Origin: an uncultured candidatus Porisulfidus sp.
GTDB lineage: Bacteria; Pseudomonadota; Gammaproteobacteria; Poriferisulfidales; Poriferisulfidaceae
Reading direction: 5' to 3'
NCBI GenBank assembly: GCA_965204575.1
Contig: OZ241993.1
Span: 1,536,001-1,600,000, forward strand
DNA length: 64,000 nucleotides
Part shown: positions 1 through 8,202 of the stretch, piece by piece
Layout of the letters: each line of letters starts with the position of its first letter
Position numbering within the stretch: the first letter of the stretch is position 1
Notes under the pieces: generated by a model
What the model saw: only the letters and a program-made list of their open reading frames with translations
The model's database searches: none
What the model was told of the DNA's origin: nothing
Program-made: the position numbers and the translations under genes

Positions 1-280
1 CCGCTGGATGCTTAGCCCTCCGAGCGTGCTGACCACCCTGGGAGCCGGCGTTTCCGGCTCCGCGCTGTTCTTCCTGCTGACCAACTTCGCGGTTTGGCTG
101 CAGGGCGATTTTTATCCGATGACCCCGGCCGGACTGCTCGCCTGCTATGTGGCTGCCATTCCGTTTTTCCACCACACGCTGCTCTCGACCCTGCTGTTTG
201 GGATTGCCTTGTTCGGCCTTTCACGGCTGCTCCAAAACAGCCAGCCTTCCGGCGGCCTGCTTCCCACGCAACATTATTGA
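1..280 (+). CDS. DUF6580-like putative membrane transport protein (3' part, truncated by window)
   Basis: Hydrophobic ORF with S-x-LFFLLTNFAVW...YP-x-T-x-x-GL-x-x-CY-x-x-AIPFF motif. Confidence 0.7.
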   Translation, partial: RWMLSPPSVLTTLGAGVSGSALFFLLTNFAVWLQGDFYPMTPAGLLACYVAAIPFFHHTLLSTLLFGIALFGLSRLLQNSQPSGGLLPTQHY

Positions 281-1008
281 TGACTAGAAAACCGATGGCC
301 TGGCTCGGCGCCCTGATGCTGGCCGCAAGCTTTTCCTCCTTTGCCACGGGTGATTCCGCGCCACAGGTCCTGGACGGGCTGTGGAGTGGCGTTTTCGACA
401 TCAATGGAGAAGGGCAATTTGATTTCACCGCCTTGTATATCGGCGGGGTCGTCTCGGCTTACAGCGTAGATTCCAACGTGGTCTACCGGGGAACCGTGGC
501 CGGAGACGAGCAGCAGTACCAATCCGACATGTCCATATTCCTCCGGGACGGCTCCCTTTTAGCAACCGTGCAGTTGAACGGGACGGTGAGCGAACAAGCC
601 ACCGTGATCACGGCACGCTACCTGACCACGGGCAAGGACACCGGCACGCTGACCCTGAACTACGATCCGCTGTTCGAGCGCAAGGTCGATGTCGCTGAAC
701 TCGCGGGACTGTGGGAGTACATCTCGGATCAACTCAGCATCAGCATCAACGTGATGCCGACGGGCGAGATCAAGGGGACGGACGGTACCGGATGCAACTA
801 CTATGGAACCCTCGAAAAGATTCGCCCCGGCATCAACGCCCTGAGCGTAAACCTGGAACTTGCCTCCTGCAGTACCGCGGACGGTCACTACACCGGGATG
901 GCTCATGTCGGGGACGCCCAGGTCCAGAACGACACCCTGCATCTGCACGTCACGGGCGATCACTTCGGGCTTTACTACCCCCTGCAGAAGATCGCCTCAG
1001 CGCAGTAG
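280..1008 (+). CDS. Hypothetical secreted beta-rich protein
   Basis: ATG at 280 overlaps upstream TGA; signal-peptide-like N-terminus; two similar segments (LDGLWSG / LAGLWEY). Confidence 0.7.
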   Translation: MTRKPMAWLGALMLAASFSSFATGDSAPQVLDGLWSGVFDINGEGQFDFTALYIGGVVSAYSVDSNVVYRGTVAGDEQQYQSDMSIFLRDGSLLATVQLNGTVSEQATVITARYLTTGKDTGTLTLNYDPLFERKVDVAELAGLWEYISDQLSISINVMPTGEIKGTDGTGCNYYGTLEKIRPGINALSVNLELASCSTADGHYTGMAHVGDAQVQNDTLHLHVTGDHFGLYYPLQKIASAQ

Positions 1009-1809
1009 TTCTCCCCGGCGCAGATGCGCCCCCACCCGCTCCCTGAAAAACTCTCGCGCTTGATTCATCGCGTCTTGGGCGACCTGGGCATCGTAGGCCA
1101 CCCGCTGCCCCAGGTAAATGCTGTCGACGCCCGGTGCGTCGAAGCTGTGATAAGCATGTTCGTAGATCACCAGTTCCACCCGCTCGGGGCGGACCGAGAT
1201 CATTACCCGGCAGCGCTGCGCCGGCGTCCACTGATCCTGCCCGCCGATCAGGATCAGCAGGTCCGTGTGCGAGTTCCCGAACTGATCCAGGCACCAGGGT
1301 GCGACCGCGACCGCTCCCGCAAACGGCTGTTTTGAGTTCAGGTCATCGTGCAAAGCAAGCAGGACCGTCGTCGCGCCGTGCGAGAACCCGGTCAGGTAGA
1401 CTTCCTGATCGGCCACCCAAGGCTGCCCCATCAGCCACCGCTTCGCTGCGTGCGCGTCCTGGGCTCGCTGCCAGGTGGGAATGGCGAACAGGCTCGCACA
1501 GATGTTGTCTTGCCCGCGAGGCCCGAAACTGTCGACCTGCAGGACTGCGAAGCCCCAGTCGAGATAGTGTTTGAACCAAGGTCGCGAACGTACCGGCCAG
1601 ATTCCGTTGCAGCCATGCAGATCCACGATGGCCGGATGCGGGCCCTGCCCCTCCGGCCGATACAGGTAGGCGGCCAGCTCGATCGTGTCCTCGGATTGGT
1701 AAACCGGCGCGGTAAACGTGATTTCCTGCGGCGGCGGCAAGGTTTCGGCCGAAGCGGCGGAAAGCCACAAGACCGCAACAAGAGCGTACTTGGATTTATG
1801 CATTGACAT
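997..1809 (-). CDS. Dienelactone hydrolase family alpha/beta hydrolase, probably exported
   Basis: LHGCNG, GFSHG nucleophile elbow, HSFD; signal peptide; start 1809 or 1803 uncertain. Confidence 0.8.
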   Translation of the reverse strand: MSMHKSKYALVAVLWLSAASAETLPPPQEITFTAPVYQSEDTIELAAYLYRPEGQGPHPAIVDLHGCNGIWPVRSRPWFKHYLDWGFAVLQVDSFGPRGQDNICASLFAIPTWQRAQDAHAAKRWLMGQPWVADQEVYLTGFSHGATTVLLALHDDLNSKQPFAGAVAVAPWCLDQFGNSHTDLLILIGGQDQWTPAQRCRVMISVRPERVELVIYEHAYHSFDAPGVDSIYLGQRVAYDAQVAQDAMNQAREFFRERVGAHLRRGELLR

Positions 1810-2341
1810 GGCGTGCCAAGCGGCGGTAGCGATGTCGGAGGTCGGCCAGCGAATAAGCGGCATTGGCTGGGCTCGGGTTGGGTGTGACATACACACGCGC
1901 CTCCTCGATCATTCGCGACTGTAATCCCCAGCGGATTTCTCTGGGAGACAGGTCGAGGGCGTATTTCAGAAAGTGACGATACGCCTGCTTGCCGTGAAAC
2001 CAAGCCCAGGTTGGCTGGATTTCTTCGATCAACTGTAGCAGGCGCGGCGCATCGCGCCGGAAATCTCCGGCCCGCAATTCATGCCCCTGCCGGCTCGGCC
2101 GCTTGACCACGTCGGTAAACCCGATCCGGTCCCGCTTCAGCAGCACCTGGTGGCGCGATCGCGAGGGCTCGCCTTGAGATTCGGCTAATCCCGACTCATC
2201 GAAAGCTCGCCAGAAACGATTCCGAGGATTGGCGAAATAGAAGCCTTCGCGGGCCGAGACGAGAGAAGGATTAAGCCCTATCGACAGGACTCGCAAACCA
2301 GAATCGATGTAATCCGGGAGGGTTGCGCGGGACGAAACCAC
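1796..2341 (-). CDS. mug: Mismatch-specific uracil-DNA glycosylase (Mug/TDG-like)
   Basis: LPDYI..GLRVLSIGLNPS..S...G.YFANPRNRFW and PNPSPAN motifs. Confidence 0.85.
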   Translation of the reverse strand: MVSSRATLPDYIDSGLRVLSIGLNPSLVSAREGFYFANPRNRFWRAFDESGLAESQGEPSRSRHQVLLKRDRIGFTDVVKRPSRQGHELRAGDFRRDAPRLLQLIEEIQPTWAWFHGKQAYRHFLKYALDLSPREIRWGLQSRMIEEARVYVTPNPSPANAAYSLADLRHRYRRLARHVNA

Positions 2342-2352
2342 AGCCGGGCTCC

Positions 2353-3426
2353 CTATTCGAACAGGTCCGCCTGGTCGGACGGCACGCGAAACCGATCTGT
2401 CCGCAGCGAGCGGCGCTGTCCATCCAATCCATGCTGCTTGCAGGCCAGCGCGAAACGTTGGCGAAGCAGTCGCGCGAATTCTCCCTGCCCGCTCAAGCGG
2501 CGCCCGAATTCGGGATCGTAGTCGACCCCGCCATGGAGGCTTCGAACCGTATTCATGATTCTTTCGGCCCGCTCCGGAACGTGTTGCTCAAGCCATTCCC
2601 GGAATAATTGCTTCAGCTCATGCGGTAGACGCAGGACTACGTACCCGGCACAGTACGCGCCCTCTTCCGCCACGGTCCTGACGATGTCCTCCAGTTCGCC
2701 GTCGTTCAGAAATGGAATCATTGGTGCCGCCAAGACGCCAACCGGGATCCCCGCCTGCGACAACGCCCGTACCAGCGCAATCCGCGAATGAGGCGCCCCG
2801 GCGCGAGGTTCGAGGGCTCGGCTGAGCTTCGCATCCAGCGTCGTGACGGAGACGATCACTTCTGCGAGGCCATCCCGGGCCATGTCCTGCAGGATGTCCA
2901 TGTCCCGCTCAAGCAGGGAGGATTTCGTGATGACCGAGACCGGATGGTGGAATTCCTGCAGAACTTCGAGGATGGATCGGGTGATTTTGAGTTGGCGCTC
3001 GATCGGCTGATAGGCATCCGTGTTGTAGCCGAGACCAATCGTCCCGCATCGATAGCGGGGCGCCCGGAGTTCATGCTCCAGGATTTCCGCGGCATTCGTC
3101 TTGCAGAAGATCTGGGTTTCGAAGTCCAGACCGGGCGACAGCCCCAGGTAAGCGTGATTGGGCCGCGCGAAACAGTACGCGCAGCCATGCTCGCAACCGC
3201 GGTAGGGATTGATCGAGCGATCCAGCGCAATATCGGGCGACTGGTTGTAATTGATTAGGCTTTTTGCGGGTGCGGCGAAATAGTGCGTTTCAAGGGCCTC
3301 TTCTTCGTATTCACGGCCATCGTGCTGGAATTCAATCTCTTCCGGTTCGTAGCGGCCCGGCGGGTTGCTGATAGCCCCCCGGCCTTTCCGGTAGGTCCAC
3401 TGGACAGGGTTTTCGGTTGGGTCCAC
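2353..3426 (-). CDS. PA0069/Rv2578c-family radical SAM protein
   Basis: KGRGA..NP..RY, SINPYRGCEHGCAYCFARP (CxxxCxxC), NTDAYQPIE, LEPRA; start (GTG 3426) uncertain. Confidence 0.9.
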   Translation of the reverse strand: MDPTENPVQWTYRKGRGAISNPPGRYEPEEIEFQHDGREYEEEALETHYFAAPAKSLINYNQSPDIALDRSINPYRGCEHGCAYCFARPNHAYLGLSPGLDFETQIFCKTNAAEILEHELRAPRYRCGTIGLGYNTDAYQPIERQLKITRSILEVLQEFHHPVSVITKSSLLERDMDILQDMARDGLAEVIVSVTTLDAKLSRALEPRAGAPHSRIALVRALSQAGIPVGVLAAPMIPFLNDGELEDIVRTVAEEGAYCAGYVVLRLPHELKQLFREWLEQHVPERAERIMNTVRSLHGGVDYDPEFGRRLSGQGEFARLLRQRFALACKQHGLDGQRRSLRTDRFRVPSDQADLFE

Positions 3427-3551
3427 GATGGTCTTGTGGCAAATTCGGAACCGGCTTGTGATGGTATCACCGCTTGGCCGCAATCCCAACCCGCCATCCA
3501 GAATCCCGCAGGTCTGGAGCCTGGACTTCGAGAGTCTTGCCCACATATCTG

Positions 3552-3596
3552 CATAAAAGTGTGCTCTAGTTACACTTTTATGTACATAAAAGTGTA
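3552..3596. repeat. Three copies of CATAAAAGTGT (forward, reverse, forward), including a perfect 26-bp palindrome at 3571-3596
   Basis: TACACTTTTATGT|ACATAAAAGTGTA read directly; extra copy at 3552-3562. Confidence 0.9.
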
Positions 3597-3676
3597 GTAA
3601 TTTGGAAGTTATATGTCCATATTTTTGCCATTAATTTGAATTTAATATAAAATATCTCATATTTTCAATAAGTTTC

Positions 3677-4993
3677 ATGTTAATCATGGAGAGACTTGCA
3701 TACGTTGATCTCGTAAAGTGGAAAAATCGGGCTCGGCGTAACCCCATATTAGTTGACGGCGCCCGCCAAACCGGCAAGACTTATCTTGTTGAGCAGTTGT
3801 TTGGACCGCGGGAATTCCGTCGTGTGCATAAGTTGGATTTTCGGGATCGGCCGGATCTCAATGAGCTTTTTTCGGAAGGACGGGGTCCGACCGAAATCAT
3901 TGCCAACATTGAAGCCGTTACAGGCCAATCCGTTGATCTTGACCAAGACCTTATTTTCTTCGACGAAGTGGGCGATTGCCAAGCCGCTGTCGATTCGCTG
4001 AAGTATTTTTCTGAACAAGCACCACAGAGTTACATTTGCGCCACAGGATCAAACGTTGGCCTGCTCGGCTCGTTTCCCGTCGGACGGGTGGACTTTCTTG
4101 AATTATTCCCCTTGTGTTTTGAAGAGTTTTTGATGGCGCTTGGGTCAGACATTCTGTTGAATGCATTCCGTGAGCGACGTCGGGGCGCTACCGTGCACAG
4201 GCTCCTCTGGCAATTCCTATGCGAATACTATTTCGTCGGAGGAATGCCGGAAGCCGTTATCGCCTGGTCGGAAAATCAGCGTGGAATCCATGAGCAGATT
4301 CAAGCGGTGACAGGTGTCCACGCAAGGCTTGTGGAAGGGTTCTGTCACGATTTTGCAAAATATTCGGGCAGCGTAGAAGCTTTGCAGATCGAGGCCGTTT
4401 TCCGCAATGTGCCTCAGCAACTTAAACACAATATCAATGGATCCGTGAAACGTTACCGTTTCAGCGAAGCGATTTCCCGGAAAAAACGCTACCGGGACCT
4501 GTTTGGGCCAATCAGTTGGCTGGAGAAAACACGTCTTGTCTGGAAATCATATCCCATCAACTCCCAGCCCACGGTCCCACTTGCGGCTCTGAGCAAGGAA
4601 AACAACTTCAAGCTCTATTTGTTTGACGTCGGCCTGTTAAGCCATCTTCTCAACTTGGGATATTCCGACCACAAAAGCCAAAAGTCCACGTACAAAGGGT
4701 TCATAGCAGAAAACTTCTTCCTGACCGAATACCGTGCGCGAATCGGCTACCCAATCTATAGTTGGGCACAGGAACGAGCCGAAATTGAATTCCTGCACCG
4801 GGATAGCAGCGGCGACATCATCCCTCTGGAGGTGAAGAGCGGCACACGCACCCGGGCGCGAAGCCTCGAATCCTATATCACGCGGTATCAGCCATCGCAC
4901 GCCGTCAAGTTTGCCAACGTCCATAGCGCGACCCGTGACGGAGTCCTCTCTACTTGGCCTTTGTATGACGTACAGTTTCTGCGCGATCTGTGA
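3677..4993 (+). CDS. AAA_14 ATPase with DUF4143 / PD-(D/E)XK-like C-terminus
   Basis: Walker A GARQTGKT, Walker B FFDEV, ATGS, GGMPEAV, FKLYLFDVGLL, EIEF...PLEVKSG; lower GC than flanks. Confidence 0.9.
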   Translation: MLIMERLAYVDLVKWKNRARRNPILVDGARQTGKTYLVEQLFGPREFRRVHKLDFRDRPDLNELFSEGRGPTEIIANIEAVTGQSVDLDQDLIFFDEVGDCQAAVDSLKYFSEQAPQSYICATGSNVGLLGSFPVGRVDFLELFPLCFEEFLMALGSDILLNAFRERRRGATVHRLLWQFLCEYYFVGGMPEAVIAWSENQRGIHEQIQAVTGVHARLVEGFCHDFAKYSGSVEALQIEAVFRNVPQQLKHNINGSVKRYRFSEAISRKKRYRDLFGPISWLEKTRLVWKSYPINSQPTVPLAALSKENNFKLYLFDVGLLSHLLNLGYSDHKSQKSTYKGFIAENFFLTEYRARIGYPIYSWAQERAEIEFLHRDSSGDIIPLEVKSGTRTRARSLESYITRYQPSHAVKFANVHSATRDGVLSTWPLYDVQFLRDL

Positions 4994-5046
4994 GAAAACG
5001 TGGAATCCTGCCCTATGAAGTCACTTTCCGGGACTTCCGGGTACAG

Positions 5047-5352
5047 TCAGAATCCACTGACATCGGCCGTGATTCCGCTTAGGGGCTCAATACTGCTGAC
5101 ATCGATACTCACATTCGCGATATCGTGATTCGTCTGCATATTCAGCCAGAACTGTGGCGTTGACCCGAAGAATCGAGCAAGGCGGAAAGCCGTGTCCGGA
5201 GTGACCGAGGTCGTCCCCTTCACCAGACGCTCAATCCGAGTGCGAGGTACGCCAAGACATCTGGCAAGCGCACCTCCGGAAAGCCCTAATGGTCCAAGAA
5301 ATTCGGACTTCAGGATTTCCCCTGGATGGCTTGGTCTTTTGAGAATCGTCAT
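5047..5352 (-). CDS. higA: HigA family antitoxin (HTH)
   Basis: HPGEILK.EFL.PL, TPDTA.RLARFFG.TPQFWLNMQ. Confidence 0.9.
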   Translation of the reverse strand: MTILKRPSHPGEILKSEFLGPLGLSGGALARCLGVPRTRIERLVKGTTSVTPDTAFRLARFFGSTPQFWLNMQTNHDIANVSIDVSSIEPLSGITADVSGF

Positions 5353-5372
5353 GTCGGTTCCTTTGGAATCCA

Positions 5373-5654
5373 TCAGTGATAATCAGTAATTTCGACCTCG
5401 GCCGGGCCTTGGTTTGTCCAGACAAAGCAAATCCGCCACTGGTCGTTGATTCGAATCGAATGCTGCCCCCTTCGGCTTCCTTTCAATGCTTTCAGTCGGT
5501 TCGCCGGTGGCACACGAAGGTCATTCAAGGTTTGGGCGGCAGCCAACATGGTTACTTTCCTCAAGGCAATATCGAAAACCTCGGTGGGAAAACCTTTCCC
5601 TGGGCACCCATCAAGTACGGCGAGAATTAACTTGCCTCTTGTGGATTGAATCAT
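5373..5654 (-). CDS. higB: HigB (RelE/ParE-family) toxin
   Basis: [32 protein letters not shown]...EVEITDYH. Confidence 0.9.
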   Translation of the reverse strand: MIQSTRGKLILAVLDGCPGKGFPTEVFDIALRKVTMLAAAQTLNDLRVPPANRLKALKGSRRGQHSIRINDQWRICFVWTNQGPAEVEITDYH

Positions 5655-5663
5655 GGGCACATT

Positions 5664-5680
5664 GTATCACGCTATGATAC
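5664..5680. promoter_or_regulatory. Probable HigA operator palindrome GTATCA-N5-TGATAC
   Basis: Inverted repeat immediately upstream of higB. Confidence 0.6.
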
Positions 5681-5692
5681 CTATATCCACAG

Positions 5693-6163
5693 CTATGCGA
5701 TCTTCAACACCCACTCGGCTCCACCCAGCACAAACAGAGTCAAAACCCCAGCCAACAAGTCGTCCAGCATGATGCCGACCCCTCCGCTGAATCGGCGTTC
5801 CGCCCAACCCACGGGTCCCGGCTTGACGATGTCGAAAAACCGGAAAAGCACAAACCCCGCGACCGCCCAAGCCAGGCTGCGAGGCGCCGCCGCCATGGCA
5901 ACCAGATAGCCGGTCATTTCATCCCATACGACTTCTTTAGGATCGGGATCTCCGAAGGTCTCCACTGCCTGCTCGCACAGCCAGACCCCGACCACCAGCA
6001 TGATCCCCAGCACCAGCACGTAGATAGACCAAGGATGCGCAGACAATCCAAAGTAAAGCACCGTCCCCAAAAGAGTCCCGACGGTGCCCGGAATCTTCGG
6101 GCAATAGCCCACCCCGAAGCCAGTCGCCAAGAAAACGGTCAAGCGTTGCCACGTAATCTGCAT
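5693..6163 (-). CDS. pgpA: Phosphatidylglycerophosphatase A
   Basis: GFGVG..PKIPGTVGT, DP.EVVWDE, LFRFFDI.KP.P, GIMLDD; follows thiL. Confidence 0.95.
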   Translation of the reverse strand: MQITWQRLTVFLATGFGVGYCPKIPGTVGTLLGTVLYFGLSAHPWSIYVLVLGIMLVVGVWLCEQAVETFGDPDPKEVVWDEMTGYLVAMAAAPRSLAWAVAGFVLFRFFDIVKPGPVGWAERRFSGGVGIMLDDLLAGVLTLFVLGGAEWVLKIA

Positions 6164-6169
6164 TTTTTT

Positions 6170-7117
6170 TCAGGTGCTGCTGAAATGATCGTAGCCGAGC
6201 TGCGAGGGAAGCGGGACCGATATGCCTTCCTGGGTCAGATTCAACTCGTCGCCTGCATCCACCACCCCGATGCTGCTGACCGGCACGCCAAGCTGGGCAC
6301 CTATCTCTTGGACTTTCTCCCATTCGGACTCCGGCACGGTGAATACCAGTTCGTAATCTTCTCCCCCACCCAAGACCGTGAACCAATCCCCGGCCTTCGC
6401 CTGCTCTGCGGCGACTGGTTCGGACAGCGGGATGTCCGTCAGTTCCACCGATGCGCCCTTTCCACTCACCTTGAGCAACCGCCCCAGATCTTTCAGGATT
6501 CCGTCCGAGACGTCTATCGCCGCATGTGCATGACCACGAATACGGCGGCCGAACTCAACTCTAGGCTGAGGTCGGTGAAGCCGCTCACGGCAGTCTTCCA
6601 ATCCGGCCTCTTCCGGGTAAAGCCGAGCCAAGGCGGCATCTCCGACGGTTCCGGTCACTCCGATTCTGTCTCCGACCTCCGCGGCATCGCGCCGCAGAGC
6701 CGGCGCCTCCCCTTCCAAGGTTCCGATGACCGTGATGCAGGCACCAAGCTCTCCTCGCGACAGATCTCCTCCAGCCAACACAATCTTATTCTTTCGGGCC
6801 AAACCTTTGATGCCTTCGCTGAAGCCGGCAATCCAGTTCTCATCGATGCGTGGCATGGCCAAGCCCAACGTGAAGCACACCGGAGTAGCACCCATTGCGG
6901 CCAAGTCGCTGAGGTTGACCGCCAATGCCTTGTGGCCAAGCCCAACCGGGTCGTCTCCCGGGTCGAAGTGAGCCCCCTGCAGGAACAGGTCGGTGCTGAT
7001 TACGCTGTCTTCGAGCGGCAACGCAAGCAGTGCCGCATCATCTCCGGGGCCTCGGGTCAGAGCCGGCGAATCCGCATCAAAACTGAAATACCGCTGGATC
7101 AGCGTGTCTTCGTCCAT
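6170..7117 (-). CDS. thiL: Thiamine-monophosphate kinase
   Basis: GPGDDAA, NLSDLAAMGA, GGD, DVSDG, GGEDYEL. Confidence 0.95.
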   Translation of the reverse strand: MDEDTLIQRYFSFDADSPALTRGPGDDAALLALPLEDSVISTDLFLQGAHFDPGDDPVGLGHKALAVNLSDLAAMGATPVCFTLGLAMPRIDENWIAGFSEGIKGLARKNKIVLAGGDLSRGELGACITVIGTLEGEAPALRRDAAEVGDRIGVTGTVGDAALARLYPEEAGLEDCRERLHRPQPRVEFGRRIRGHAHAAIDVSDGILKDLGRLLKVSGKGASVELTDIPLSEPVAAEQAKAGDWFTVLGGGEDYELVFTVPESEWEKVQEIGAQLGVPVSSIGVVDAGDELNLTQEGISVPLPSQLGYDHFSST

Positions 7118-7172
7118 CCCTAAATCCTGTCTGGCGCAGCGGAGAGCCGATCAAGCCAAGCCAGACCTGAAT

Positions 7173-7631
7173 TCAGGCGGCACAGGCTTTGCGCAGGTCG
7201 ACCGCCACCCGGTCCAGTACCGCATTGACGTACTTGCTCCCCTTGTCCGTTCCGAACTTCCCGGCCAGCCGGGTCGCTTCGGACAGGATTACGGCGGTCG
7301 GGATTTCCCGGCAGTGTGCCAATTCGTAGCAGGCGAAACGAAGGACTGTCCGTTCCACCGGATCCAGGCGCTTGATCGGCCGGTCAAGAATCGGAGTCAA
7401 CTGCTTGCATAAGTCCGCTTCATGCGCCACGACTCCTCGCACCAACTGCTCGAAATATTGGCTGTTGGCCCGCAGGATGTCCTCCTTTCGGGAGAACTGG
7501 TCGAGCAACCCAGAAACCTCTTCTCCCGACATGTCCCACTGGTAGAGGGCCTGCAGCGCCAAACGGCGGGCCCAATGTCGGCCGCGATATTCGACCCGGT
7601 CAGTTTCCGACGATGAGGGAAGCTCAGTCAT
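7173..7631 (-). CDS. nusB: Transcription antitermination factor NusB
   Basis: ARRLALQALYQW, LDPVER, YVNAVLD; synteny. Confidence 0.95.
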   Translation of the reverse strand: MTELPSSSETDRVEYRGRHWARRLALQALYQWDMSGEEVSGLLDQFSRKEDILRANSQYFEQLVRGVVAHEADLCKQLTPILDRPIKRLDPVERTVLRFACYELAHCREIPTAVILSEATRLAGKFGTDKGSKYVNAVLDRVAVDLRKACAA

Positions 7632-8202
7632 CGTCGTCATCATCGTCGTCGATGTCCTCCATGATCTCGGCAAACACTTCAATCATTTCCAGTGCCGCCA
7701 CCGCCGCTTCGGCTCCCTTGTTGCTGACTTTCCGCCCGCCTTCAATCCTGGGCGACGGATCCTGCCAATCGTCGAGCAGAACCGAGCGCTGATCAGCCTG
7801 CTCCCGGGTGTCGGTCGTCAGCACGCCAAACAAAATCGGCACGTCTTCCTGTCGAGCAAGGCGTGCAAGGTTCCGCGCGCATTCAGAAGCCACGTAGTCG
7901 AAGTGAGGCGTCTCCCCCCGGATGACGCAACCCAATGCAATGATGGCGTCATACAACCCCGTATCCGCGCACAGCCGTGCCGTGCCCGGCAACTCGAACG
8001 CGCCAGGGACTCGAATCAGGTCGATGTTCTTGATTTCAGCCCCGCGTGCCACCAGCGTGCCAGTCGCACCTTCGATCAGACGGTTGACGATCGGCTCATT
8101 GAAGCGGGAGGCGACCAGCGCGAAATCCAGCCCCCGGTCGGCCAGCGCCCGTTTCTCGTCCGGATCGCGAATCTGATCGTAATGCGGCAAAGAGTCCGTC
8201 AT
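7624..8202 (-). CDS. ribH: 6,7-dimethyl-8-ribityllumazine synthase
   Basis: SRFN, VPGAFELP, LGCVIRGETPHFDYV, NKG.EAA. Confidence 0.95.
   Translation of the reverse strand: MTDSLPHYDQIRDPDEKRALADRGLDFALVASRFNEPIVNRLIEGATGTLVARGAEIKNIDLIRVPGAFELPGTARLCADTGLYDAIIALGCVIRGETPHFDYVASECARNLARLARQEDVPILFGVLTTDTREQADQRSVLLDDWQDPSPRIEGGRKVSNKGAEAAVAALEMIEVFAEIMEDIDDDDDDDD

Noticed and set aside
3552-3596. CRISPR array or IS terminal repeats
   Set aside because: No regularly spaced repeat-spacer units, no cas or transposase genes, and no matching repeat found beyond the ATPase gene
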